A stretch of 64,000 nt of DNA. It comes from an uncultured Erythrobacter sp. GTDB taxonomy: Bacteria; Pseudomonadota; Alphaproteobacteria; Sphingomonadales; Sphingomonadaceae. The stretch is from NCBI GenBank assembly GCA_947488325.1, contig CANKYZ010000002.1, positions 523,120 through 587,119 of the forward strand, given 5' to 3'. The first letter of the stretch is position 1. The number at the start of each line of letters is the position of its first letter. The notes under the pieces were generated by a model. It worked only from the letters and a program-made list of their open reading frames with translations. It did no database searches and had not been told where the DNA came from. This document shows positions 18,560-27,682 of the stretch, in pieces. A program made the position numbers and the translations under genes.

Positions 18560-20875
18560 TCACCGACCCAGCGCCAGCACCTCTTCGCGTTCTTTGGCCA
18601 GGTTTGCGCGGATTGGGTCTAGGACGGCCCGTATTTCGGGTTCTTGTTGGACTTCTGTAAATAGGGAATCATCGCGCAGCAGTGACACCGTTGAAGCGTG
18701 TGTGTGGCCCATTGTATAGGGCCAGCCGAATTCTGGCAGAAGTTCGACCAAAGCTATTGCGCGTGGCATATCGCCCTGTGCGGCGGCCAATTGCAGTTCA
18801 TAAAGGTGCGGTGTGATCCAGCCGGTGTCCGCTTCTTTCCAACGCGCAATCTGTTCCTCTGTACTGGCCAAATGTGCGGCGGCTTCATCCTGTCTACCCG
18901 CGCGCCGCAGCGCCACCGCAAGATAAGGTGATACAGATGGGATCATGTCATGCGCTTCTCCGGTCGCTCCGGCAAAATCGAGATAGGCTTCATGATTGGC
19001 AAAACGCGCGTCGAAATATTCGATCAATTCGGCTTCCCTGTCAGTTTCCAGGAACAGTGGCAGAGCGAAGAGCACAACATCATGAGAATTCCAGAAATTG
19101 GCCCCGCCAAAACCTCTTGCCGCAAATTCTTCGCGCGTTGGGAGAATTCTTGAATGCAAAGGAACCATTAATTCTTGTGGTTCCTTTAACTTCATGGTGT
19201 CTTCGCCATTTATCGGCAAGTCCAACATATATTTGATCAATATGATATGGATGGAGGAACCAAAGCGGCGTTCCGCCTCAGTCTTTGTCATCGCTGCTCG
19301 ACGGTCGAGTTCAAGATAACCCGAAAGATCACCGTCGAGCCGCAACAGCCGTGCCTCAGTCATATATTGTTGGCTCGGCGTTACAGCTGCTGATTGAATA
19401 TCCGTCTCAATCTCGCGCGCGACATCCATCTGCGCAAACTCCGCTGCCAAGTCAGATGCACCCCATGTCGCGGGCCATAGCGGATCGATCTCAACCATAC
19501 GCAACGAGCTTTGCAATGGGCTATCCGCTTGAAGGATGAAATCCCGCTGCGTGATGGACAGCCAATACCACGCTTCAGTATCACCGGAATCCACTTCGAC
19601 AGCACGGTTAAGCATCGCGAGGCGCGTTTGACCGTCTTCTTCCAACATCCCCGCAACCTTCAAACCATCAACCGAATTTTCATCCAGCGAAAGGGCGTGA
19701 CGCGCAAACTTTAGCGCTGTCGCGCGGTTCTCAGGATTGTTGGCCATGACCGGATCGGGATAGAGGAACCATGCCTTTGCGAGGCCCGCCCACCCATCTG
19801 CAAATTGCGGGTTTTGGGCTGTAACTTGCTGCATGATCTCAAGCGCGGCGCGTCGTTGCTCAATGCCGCGCCCTTTGATCAGGCCAAGAGCAGTGAGGTA
19901 GAGGCGGTAGTCACCCGCAGAAACCGGGGCTTCTGATAAACCTTCGGAGAACTGACGGCCCAAAACCACGGCCATTTCCCGCGCAGTGCGTAGGGGTAAA
20001 TGCTCCGCTGAACCGGGCGCACTGAACAACTCGTCTTCCCAAACGGTTTCCCCGCTTTTGGCCTGCACCAGCTGCACGCTCAGCCCGACGCGCGATGCCT
20101 TGGAAATGAGCCTGCCCGACCAAACATAATCGACACCAAGTTTGCGGCCGATATCTGCCGCGGCTAAACCGCCTTCGGCCAAAGAGCGAGCGCTTTCACT
20201 GGTGCTCACTTCCATGGCGCCGACACGGGCGATTTGTGAGCGCAGCTCTGCCTCCAATCCGCGCGCATAAAGCGGATCGACGCCGTCCGAATATTCCAGC
20301 GGGAGCATAGCCACGCGCAAGCGCTCAACCGGTGAAGAAGAATTGGAGGGCCAAAAGGCAAAAGCCAAGACGCAAGCGGTAATCACAGCCAATGCCGCAA
20401 GCACCATTTTCTGCGGAAGGCGATCCGACAAGCGGGTAGATTGGCCATCAGACAAACCTGCAAGTTCCGCGTCTGGATCATCTGATGATACGTCGGCAAA
20501 ATTAGCCGCAGCGACGAGGCGATATCCAACCTTTGGGACATTTTCGATCGTTAACCCATCACCAGCGGCTTTTTTCAAGCCTGCGCGCAAGAGCGAAATC
20601 ACACGGTTAATCGATGTATCGCCGACAATGCGCCCTTCCCAGCAACGCTCAATCAAATCGTCACGGGACAGGATCATGCCAATCGGGTCGGCCAATGCGA
20701 CCAAAACCTGCATGACCTTGGGCTCCAGCATGATCTCACCCGCTGGCCCTTTAATCCGGCGCAGAGATGGTTGGACCATGGCCTGCCCCAAAGGAAAATC
20801 ACTTTGATGCGCCAGATCAATCCGGCGCACGCGCGCATTAAGCTCGCTTTCCTGCCCCGAAAATTCAGTGTTCAC
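18560..20875 (-). CDS. Membrane-anchored transcriptional regulator: OmpR/CadC-type winged HTH + TM helix + TolB-N-like + TPR-like helical domain
   Basis: LEPKVMQVLVALA...LSRDDLIERCWEGRIVGDTSINRVISLLR...IENVPKVGYRL (Trans_reg_C-like); one TM (MVLAALAVITACVLAFAFW); RVAMLPL; AQNPQFADGWAGLAKA. Confidence 0.85.
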   Translation of the reverse strand: MNTEFSGQESELNARVRRIDLAHQSDFPLGQAMVQPSLRRIKGPAGEIMLEPKVMQVLVALADPIGMILSRDDLIERCWEGRIVGDTSINRVISLLRAGLKKAAGDGLTIENVPKVGYRLVAAANFADVSSDDPDAELAGLSDGQSTRLSDRLPQKMVLAALAVITACVLAFAFWPSNSSSPVERLRVAMLPLEYSDGVDPLYARGLEAELRSQIARVGAMEVSTSESARSLAEGGLAAADIGRKLGVDYVWSGRLISKASRVGLSVQLVQAKSGETVWEDELFSAPGSAEHLPLRTAREMAVVLGRQFSEGLSEAPVSAGDYRLYLTALGLIKGRGIEQRRAALEIMQQVTAQNPQFADGWAGLAKAWFLYPDPVMANNPENRATALKFARHALSLDENSVDGLKVAGMLEEDGQTRLAMLNRAVEVDSGDTEAWYWLSITQRDFILQADSPLQSSLRMVEIDPLWPATWGASDLAAEFAQMDVAREIETDIQSAAVTPSQQYMTEARLLRLDGDLSGYLELDRRAAMTKTEAERRFGSSIHIILIKYMLDLPINGEDTMKLKEPQELMVPLHSRILPTREEFAARGFGGANFWNSHDVVLFALPLFLETDREAELIEYFDARFANHEAYLDFAGATGEAHDMIPSVSPYLAVALRRAGRQDEAAAHLASTEEQIARWKEADTGWITPHLYELQLAAAQGDMPRAIALVELLPEFGWPYTMGHTHASTVSLLRDDSLFTEVQQEPEIRAVLDPIRANLAKEREEVLALGR

Positions 20876-21151
20876 AGCAACTCCTCACGACTTTGCACCC
20901 ATCTCGCCAAATCAATTGCCGGCAATCAATGTTGTGCAGCAAATTTTGCAAATGTCACCTGATCAGCTGCAATATAAGCTTTCCATAAGGGCAAAATCAG
21001 TGAAATCGCGGTGTTTGTGCGCAGCGGGATAATGTCAAACCAGCCAATCTCCAACTCGTCCAACAGGCAACCCGGCTCTCGGGACCAGACCTCACCCGGA
21101 CGCTAGCGGTGCCAGGCCTCCTGCTTGTCATCACACAATGGGAGAATTGAA

Positions 21152-21502
21152 GTGATCACGATCAAGAATTTCACCGCCGTCGCTCTTACCGCAGCAGCCG
21201 CACTAGCCCTACCTTTAAGCGCTGCAAACGCTTCAGAACCACGCACAGTTTCGATCAGTTATGGAGATCTCAATCTCAGTTCAAAAGCAGGTCAAGCAAT
21301 CCTCGACCGCCGCATCAATGCTGCCGTCGAAGCCGTCTGCGGAAGGATTGAGAACCGCCCCACTTTCGATAGCGCCGTTCGTCAGTGTCAGAGCGAGACA
21401 CGTCTCACAGCACAGCAATCTCGTGACATTGCTGTCGCCAGTTACGACAACGGGCAGCTTGCCAGCAATGACCGCCGCGAAATCCGCCTAGTCGCACGGT
21501 AA
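21152..21502 (+). CDS. UrcA family periplasmic protein
   Basis: Signal peptide, then TVSISYGDLNLSSKAGQAILDRRINAAVEAVCG...QC (UrcA-type signature); GGGAGA RBS before GTG 21152. Confidence 0.85.
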   Translation: MITIKNFTAVALTAAAALALPLSAANASEPRTVSISYGDLNLSSKAGQAILDRRINAAVEAVCGRIENRPTFDSAVRQCQSETRLTAQQSRDIAVASYDNGQLASNDRREIRLVAR

Positions 21503-21520
21503 CCCCGAGCGATCAGAATG

Positions 21521-21590
21521 CGGGCTCCTGCGGGAGCCCGTTTCGCCAGCGATGCCGGGTTACTTGAAACCCCTTGGAGCCCGGCATCGC
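21521..21590. terminator. Two hairpins between the convergent UrcA and sulfotransferase-like genes
   Basis: cgggctcc-tgcg-ggagcccg-ttt (21521-21543) and gcgatgccggg...cccggcatcgc (21549-21590). Confidence 0.7.
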
Positions 21591-21636
21591 TCCTTTTGGT
21601 TTCCACTTTTGGGGGCTTTTCGTTGAATTTTTCCGA

Positions 21637-22662
21637 TCAGCTTAGGTTATGTGGGACCGGAATAGTCAGACCGGCCTGATCCGCAATCATGCCGATCCAT
21701 TCGCCGATTTTGGCGATCTCATCCTCCACCACCGCGCTTTGGGTTGCGGCTGCATCGCGGGTTGATTTAACGGCGAAGTCCTCTCCCGTCTTGGCATCCA
21801 TAGTAAAGACTGGACCGCTTGCGATATCCATGGCGCGGGTGGCATCTATCGGAACGTTGGCGAATTTCCCGATGCATTCTAATATCTTCGCCGGATCAGC
21901 GCCAAATACGTCACCATCCAGAACTCTAACTCTATCGCCATATTTGCGCTGGAGCGCGTCGAAATACCTTTGGTTCAAGAACCACGCGAGGCCTGCCGCT
22001 TGCAAGTCTGTCATCGCAAACTGTTCCTTGGCCTGCATGCCAAGGTCCATTCCTGCATATCCCATCACTTCAAGATAGAGCATCCGCGCCCAGCGCCTCC
22101 CCATCATCCCCTTGCGCAGCACCGCAGTCAAGAAAGACGGCAGTGGGTTGGTCATGAGAATGGCGCGGGCATCGGGCTTTGCCTGCATCAGAGCAGGAAT
22201 GAGAGCATTTGCGTGGTTGGTTGGCTTTACGAATACAACTTTGTCGTCGCCTTTTTCGCAGACGTCCCATGGTCTCGCCACCAGCCGACTTACCTGGCTG
22301 ATAACTTCAGGGTTGGCATTGCCGATTTTGGCAAAAATCCCAGGTTCGCTCAATCCGGCGGACAGGCCAGGGTTTTCCAGCGCCCGCGTGAGCAAGGTCG
22401 AGCGGCAAAATGCGGTATGGAAGATATAATTGAGCGGCACCTGCGGTATATTTGCGGCAGCGATTTGTTCAATGGGAATGGCTACTGGCTGAGTGCCAGA
22501 AGACGCATCGGCATCGGCAAGAAATGCCGGTTCAGCCAAACGGTCTCGGTCAATCCGAATGAAAGTGATCATCCCCGAATCAGAATTCGAACCCGCGTCG
22601 AATCCATGCGGAATCCAACGCGCGTCGCCGAGAATTTTCAGATTATCAGACATTAAAACCAC
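21637..22662 (-). CDS. Sulfotransferase-like (P-loop) hypothetical protein
   Basis: YIFHTAFCRSTLLTRAL (5'-PSB-like), LSEP, VFVKPT. Confidence 0.6.
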   Translation of the reverse strand: MVLMSDNLKILGDARWIPHGFDAGSNSDSGMITFIRIDRDRLAEPAFLADADASSGTQPVAIPIEQIAAANIPQVPLNYIFHTAFCRSTLLTRALENPGLSAGLSEPGIFAKIGNANPEVISQVSRLVARPWDVCEKGDDKVVFVKPTNHANALIPALMQAKPDARAILMTNPLPSFLTAVLRKGMMGRRWARMLYLEVMGYAGMDLGMQAKEQFAMTDLQAAGLAWFLNQRYFDALQRKYGDRVRVLDGDVFGADPAKILECIGKFANVPIDATRAMDIASGPVFTMDAKTGEDFAVKSTRDAAATQSAVVEDEIAKIGEWIGMIADQAGLTIPVPHNLS

Positions 22663-22950
22663 CTAAGACACCTTCATTTTGCAGACTAGTCTAATCGCAA
22701 TTCCTCATAAAATCCGCAGAATTTCGCCATTTTTCGGCATTTAGGGGGGGTATAGAAAATATGAAGGCGCAATCATAAGTGATTACGTGAATACTCATAT
22801 TTCTCTTGGCAGGATTTCTGCTGATTGCTCTTCGGGTCGCACCATTGGGCAGTGGGAAAGCACTTAAACAAGAGATCACGGCGAACCCTAACCCGCCGTG
22901 CTCCGGGTCGACTTGCAAATAGCAGGCCGGATCATGATTGTCTTGCACCG

Positions 22951-23697
22951 TCAGTCGTGAACCTGCGTGATAAGCGCGTGTCGACCCGGCTTACCTGCCC
23001 ATTCTGCATTGATCTTCCAGACCCGCTCAATCACATCAATTGACAACGCCTGCTGCGGCGCAGCGAAAGCGGCCAATTTCCCATCGTCCAGCACCAGAAC
23101 CCGGTCCGCAAAATTCATGGCTAGTGCCAGATCGTGCAGGACAATCACCATGCCCACACCATCTTTGGCGCACCCCTTCAAGTGATCGATCAGGTTCAAT
23201 TGATGTGCCAGATCAAGTGCGGCGAGCGGTTCGTCGGCGAGTATCCATTGCGGCTCCCCCGCTAGCACTCGTGCGAGCAGCACACGAGCCCGTTCCCCGC
23301 CAGATAGGCAGCTGACGGGCCGATTGCGAAACTCCTCTAGATCAAGCGCGGCAATCGCCGCATCAACAGGTTCACGGCGGCGATCCTGATACGGCATTCG
23401 TCCAAGCGTCACCAACACTTCGACAGCTACGTCCCACGCGATGTCGCTGCTTTGGGGAAGATAGCCGACCGAACGGGCACGGCCGCGCGGAGAAAGGTCT
23501 GCAATATCATCGCCATCCAGAGTTACAGTTCCGGCGGCAGGTTCGAGCAATCCGGCAAGCGCCATCAGCAGACTGGATTTGCCTGCACCATTGGGACCCA
23601 CAATCGCGGTGATTGTTCCCGGCTCTAAAACGGCGGTGACATCGCGCAGAACTTGTGTCCCGCCGCGGTTCAAAGACAGATCGGAGCAAGCCAACAT
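22951..23697 (-). CDS. Iron-chelate/cobalamin ABC transporter ATP-binding subunit (BtuD/FecE-like)
   Basis: GPNGAGKSS, LSGGERARV, LADEP, LDLAHQ; ATG 23697 in a TGATG overlap. Confidence 0.9.
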   Translation of the reverse strand: MLACSDLSLNRGGTQVLRDVTAVLEPGTITAIVGPNGAGKSSLLMALAGLLEPAAGTVTLDGDDIADLSPRGRARSVGYLPQSSDIAWDVAVEVLVTLGRMPYQDRRREPVDAAIAALDLEEFRNRPVSCLSGGERARVLLARVLAGEPQWILADEPLAALDLAHQLNLIDHLKGCAKDGVGMVIVLHDLALAMNFADRVLVLDDGKLAAFAAPQQALSIDVIERVWKINAEWAGKPGRHALITQVHD

Positions 23698-24689
23698 CAC
23701 AGATTTCCCCGGCGCATTCTGATCAATAGCCACAAGAAGAACGGCGCACCGATCAGTGACAAAGCTATGCCTAGCCGCAGCTCAGTTACCAAAGGTAGGA
23801 CACGGACTGCGCTATCCGCAGCGAGCACAAGGCAGGCCCCAGCAAGCGCGCTTGGCAGCATCAGCGACGACGGCATTCGGTCGGTAAGTGGGCGCACCAG
23901 ATGCGGGACGATCAATCCAACAAAGCCAACAATGCCTGCGACCGCAACCCCTGCGCCAACTGTCAGGCCCACGCCCGCAACAAGCAGGATCAAGAGCCGC
24001 CGTGGATCCATACCCATCGACCGCGCGGCGTCTTCACCCAATGTTAGCGCATCAAGGTTGCGCGCGGCTGTTTGCAAAACGGCGAACCCTGCCAGCGTCA
24101 GCGGCGCAGCAATCCAAACATCGCCCCATGATCGGTCGGTCAGCGCTCCGTTGAGCCACAGAACTATCTGGCTGAGTGCAAACGCGTTGGGAGCCATAGT
24201 GATGGCGAGCGCGGTTAGTGCGCCTGCAAGGCTTGCAATCATCAGGCCTGCCAGCGTGAACAAAGCAATGCCCCCGCCCGCCCCAGACGAAGTGCGGCCC
24301 GCAATCAGCGCGAGCAGCAGCATTGCCATAGCCGCTCCGATTAGAGCGAATGCAGGCAAGCTCCACGCTGCGATGATTGGCGGCAGCAACGCTCCAAACC
24401 AAAAACTCGCCACTGCGCCTAAGGCCGCCATTGGAGCGATTCCGAACAGGCCCGGATCAGCCAGCGGATTGCGCAAATACCCCTGCATCGCCGCACCGGC
24501 AGCGCCCAACCCCGCTCCCAAAACTACCGCCAGCACCGCACGCGGAAGCCGCAATTCCATCAGGATCAGCGCGGCATTAGGCGTCGCCTGTACGCCACCA
24601 AACGGATCAATCCACACACGTCCGGCGAGCAGCGAAAGCGGAATGAGCAGCGCCAACAGACTGGCAAAGATGAGAGTCGCGCGGTTCAA
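23697..24689 (-). CDS. FecCD/BtuC family ABC permease
   Basis: LRLPRAVLA, MQGYLRNPLADPGLFG, LTLGEDAARSMG, GFVGLIVPHLVR. Confidence 0.92.
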   Translation of the reverse strand: MNRATLIFASLLALLIPLSLLAGRVWIDPFGGVQATPNAALILMELRLPRAVLAVVLGAGLGAAGAAMQGYLRNPLADPGLFGIAPMAALGAVASFWFGALLPPIIAAWSLPAFALIGAAMAMLLLALIAGRTSSGAGGGIALFTLAGLMIASLAGALTALAITMAPNAFALSQIVLWLNGALTDRSWGDVWIAAPLTLAGFAVLQTAARNLDALTLGEDAARSMGMDPRRLLILLVAGVGLTVGAGVAVAGIVGFVGLIVPHLVRPLTDRMPSSLMLPSALAGACLVLAADSAVRVLPLVTELRLGIALSLIGAPFFLWLLIRMRRGNL

Positions 24690-25582
24690 ATGCCAGAATC
24701 CAAATTCAATTGACGCTCAAGCTCACGCTCATACTGCGTGCGTATTTCCATCAATCTTGCACGTGCATTGGGAATGGATGGTCCTCCGCAATAAAACAGG
24801 TTGGGCGAAAATTCTGCGACCAATGTGCTGCGCAATTGGCTTAGCAATGGGTGCGATTGCCCTTGGCTATCGCCGGCGACTAGCAATATTTGTGGGGGTT
24901 CGTGAAGCAATTGCTCCAGTGATACGAAATCAGCCTGCGCCAGTCCCATGCCTTCACTGTGGCTGGCCATTCCAGCCGTACGAAGGTGTTGCGCCACCAA
25001 TGTGGCCTCGCCCGGAACAATCTGACCCGGTTGCCACAGTAGAGCCGAAATATTTCGGACCCGCTGAGCTGTATCTGCGCCAGCAATTCGCGCAGCCAAT
25101 GCCTCGCCCCGCTCGGCCTCGCCGGTAAGGTCGGCGAGAGCACGCACTTGATCAATACTCTCATCAACACTTGCCGGATTATCAAATGTTTCGACCCTCA
25201 ACCCAGCGCGTTCCAATGCAGCGCGGGTTGCCGGGGCGATAAAGGTGCTGGCGAGGACAATGTCGGGTTGCAGCGAAAGCACCTCTTCGGCGGTGCCGCC
25301 GGTAATGTTGAACTGTGCTGCGACTTGCGCATCGATCGAGCTCGAGGCCGGATCGCGGCTGTAATGGGACAGAGCCAAAACCTGTCCAGGTGTTGCCACT
25401 TCGACAAGGATCGCATCCATGCACGGGTTGAGGCTGACAAATTTGGGCGGCCCGGAACTTTCTGCTGGCGCATCCACTATAGGCGTGGAGCAAGAGACCA
25501 CTGCGAACGTGGCGGCAAGCACCGCGTACCGGCCAATAATCGCCCTTCCACAAAAGATCCCGCGCGCTTTCATATCCGGCAA
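24686..25582 (-). CDS. BtuF-like periplasmic binding lipoprotein
   Basis: Lipobox VVSC, FVSLNPCMDAIL, GTAEEVLSLQPDIVL, CGGP. Confidence 0.85.
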   Translation of the reverse strand: MPDMKARGIFCGRAIIGRYAVLAATFAVVSCSTPIVDAPAESSGPPKFVSLNPCMDAILVEVATPGQVLALSHYSRDPASSSIDAQVAAQFNITGGTAEEVLSLQPDIVLASTFIAPATRAALERAGLRVETFDNPASVDESIDQVRALADLTGEAERGEALAARIAGADTAQRVRNISALLWQPGQIVPGEATLVAQHLRTAGMASHSEGMGLAQADFVSLEQLLHEPPQILLVAGDSQGQSHPLLSQLRSTLVAEFSPNLFYCGGPSIPNARARLMEIRTQYERELERQLNLDSGI

Positions 25583-25729
25583 AGCCGATAGGCGTGCAGC
25601 TCCCGCCCGGCAAGCGCATCGGGCAATCGGTGGGCGTTAATAATTTTGCTATGGGTGTGTGCTTTCGGGACGGTGCTTGTCTGCACGCTCGCGACCAGAG
25701 TGCTTCGTGGCTAGGCGCGAAGGCGCGCA

Positions 25730-26986
25730 ATGAAACAGCTCCTCTCTCTATTTGACCCTCAGGCCAATATGCCGCCGCAGGTGATCCATCTGCCGGACGC
25801 GAACGTGCAAACCCGTACGCCAACGGCAACTGGGACCAAAGCCAAGTCAAGCGTCACCAACGCCCCAGCACGTCGTTCATACCGTAAGCGCCTTGCCGTA
25901 CTGCTTGCTGCGATTGCTGTTCCGGCCATAGCCGCGCCGGGTGATTTTGGAGCGATGCCAGGCGCTGCGCCAACCGAAGCAGAGCTGGTCAATGCGCGCC
26001 TTTCCCAGCAGCTGGCTGAAAATCCGGCAATGTCCTTTGAACGTCCGGGTATGAGCTTTCCGGGCTCCGCCTTCTTTTACCTCGCCGATCCGCCAGCGGG
26101 CGCGCTGGTCGCTTTGCCGGCCTTCGATGCGACCGATATCAGGGCAGAGGCCGGACACGAACTGGGTGAGATTATCAATGCTGGCCCATCAGCACGGCCA
26201 TTCTTTAGCGTTGGCGGGACAAGCCACATGCGGGCTTCGGAATGCTTGGCTCAGGCGATCTGGTACGAAGCGGCGAGTGAAAGCGAAGCAGGCCAACGCG
26301 CTGTTGCTCAGGTTGTACTAAACCGCGTTGCTCACCACAGCTGGCCTGGCAGCGTTTGCGGCGTCGTTTACGAAGGTTCTCAGCGTTCGACCGGATGTCA
26401 ATTCAGTTTCACCTGTGACGGCAGCCTTTCGCGCCGCGCCAGCGGAGCCTCTTGGGCACGCGCACAGCGAATTGCAGGCGAAGCGTTGTCCGGCAGTGTT
26501 TACAGGCCAGTTGGCCATGCGACGCATTACCACACGCTTTGGGTCAATCCGTATTGGGCACCCAGCCTCGATCATGTCGGTACGATTGGCGCACATCGGT
26601 TTTATCGCAATCGCGGTTCCGCAGGCGAAGAAAGCGCATTTTCCGGTCGCTATGCAGGATTTGAGCCCGGCGTTTCTGACCGATTGACCAATGTTCGCAG
26701 CAGCGGCGTTTCCGGCGCAAGTCTTCCTGATCTACCCTCTGCTCGTTCACGCAGCGCATCTCCAACGACTGGCTCCACTGCAGCCGATGCAGCGCCCTGG
26801 GTGCCCGAACCGGTTCTTGCCGATCCTTCACTTTCCGGTGTTGGTCAAGTGCGCGAAGATTATGCCAGCGCCGGACAATGGAAGAGCGACACAGCGCGGG
26901 AGGAACTTCGGGCCGAAGCCCGAGCAACTGATCGCTCTGATTCAGGCAACGGTGCCGAGGCGGATGACAGCACGTCAAGCCCTTAA
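25730..26986 (+). CDS. Cell wall hydrolase, SleB/Hydrolase_2 family
   Basis: CLAQAIWYEAASESEAGQRAVAQVVLNRV, CQFSFTCDG, ATHYHTLWVNPYW, IGAHRFY. Confidence 0.92.
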   Translation: MKQLLSLFDPQANMPPQVIHLPDANVQTRTPTATGTKAKSSVTNAPARRSYRKRLAVLLAAIAVPAIAAPGDFGAMPGAAPTEAELVNARLSQQLAENPAMSFERPGMSFPGSAFFYLADPPAGALVALPAFDATDIRAEAGHELGEIINAGPSARPFFSVGGTSHMRASECLAQAIWYEAASESEAGQRAVAQVVLNRVAHHSWPGSVCGVVYEGSQRSTGCQFSFTCDGSLSRRASGASWARAQRIAGEALSGSVYRPVGHATHYHTLWVNPYWAPSLDHVGTIGAHRFYRNRGSAGEESAFSGRYAGFEPGVSDRLTNVRSSGVSGASLPDLPSARSRSASPTTGSTAADAAPWVPEPVLADPSLSGVGQVREDYASAGQWKSDTAREELRAEARATDRSDSGNGAEADDSTSSP

Positions 26987-27043
26987 TTCATAAGGGTAAT
27001 TTGAGTGCGTTGAGTTGGCTCTCCGCCCAACTGAAGTCAATAA

Positions 27044-27058
27044 TTAACGGTCTCTAAA
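27044..27058. promoter_or_regulatory. Putative CtrA box
   Basis: TTAA-cggtctc-TAAA(C), one mismatch to TTAA-N7-TTAA. Confidence 0.45.
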
Positions 27059-27203
27059 CCTTAGCTCAACACCAAGCCTTAGCTGGATTGCCTCTAAAGC
27101 TTCGAGCATCGTTGAATTCCCGCGCTTCGCGCCAAAACGCTCTCGGTTCGAACTGCCGAAAAATGGGCGATAGCGCCTTGCCGACAATGGATGTGCAGAA
27201 TTT

Positions 27204-27557
27204 ATGTCCCTTCGCTTTACCCCCGCTAAAGCTTATGCCAACGCGCCTGTTCGTTCGCCAATCGCGAAAGCGCTGGCGGCGCGCGCGATTGGGCGGTTTG
27301 CGAATGACAATGGCAGTGATTTCAAGGGTTCCACCGGCCCAATCCAAGCTGAGAATGACCAGATTCTAAGAGCGGCGCTCCGCCATTTTGCCCAGCATGG
27401 ACTCAGTGCTGCTAGCGAAGCACGCTCGCAAGCTGAGGCTGCGTTCTTCGCCGGTGATCGTCAGGCCTATGATTGGTGGCTGGGAATTACTCGCACCTTA
27501 GACCGCAGACTTGCCCAAGAGACCGAGCTGTTCTCACCCGAAACTGCGCACCACTGA
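27204..27557 (+). CDS. Conserved hypothetical protein (117 aa)
   Basis: Helical C-terminal block LRAALRHFAQHGLSAA...AFFAGDRQAYDWWLGITRTLDRRLA looks protein-like. Confidence 0.7.
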   Translation: MSLRFTPAKAYANAPVRSPIAKALAARAIGRFANDNGSDFKGSTGPIQAENDQILRAALRHFAQHGLSAASEARSQAEAAFFAGDRQAYDWWLGITRTLDRRLAQETELFSPETAHH

Positions 27558-27641
27558 CTTCAATTTCTGCCCTTCGGATGAACCAGAAGTCGCCTGCGTA
27601 GTGTGCTACTTATGGCTGTTAGATATAGCCCGTTCACAGCG

Positions 27642-27657
27642 TTAACCTCAGATTGAC
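27642..27657. promoter_or_regulatory. Putative CtrA box upstream of the GGDEF-EAL gene
   Basis: TTAA-cctcaga-TTGAC, one mismatch to TTAA-N7-TTAAC. Confidence 0.5.
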
Positions 27658-27682
27658 TACTTTGCATTAGTTCAGGCGAGCT

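Noticed and set aside
23653-25128. 491-aa + strand ORF and other long antisense ORFs (13543-14607, 35322-36296, 31122-31940)
   Set aside because: Shadow frames opposite well-identified genes in GC-rich DNA.
25583-25729. Cobalamin riboswitch upstream of the BtuF-like gene
   Set aside because: No B12-element consensus found on the minus strand, and no TonB receptor gene is adjacent, so the substrate (B12 or iron chelate) stays unassigned.
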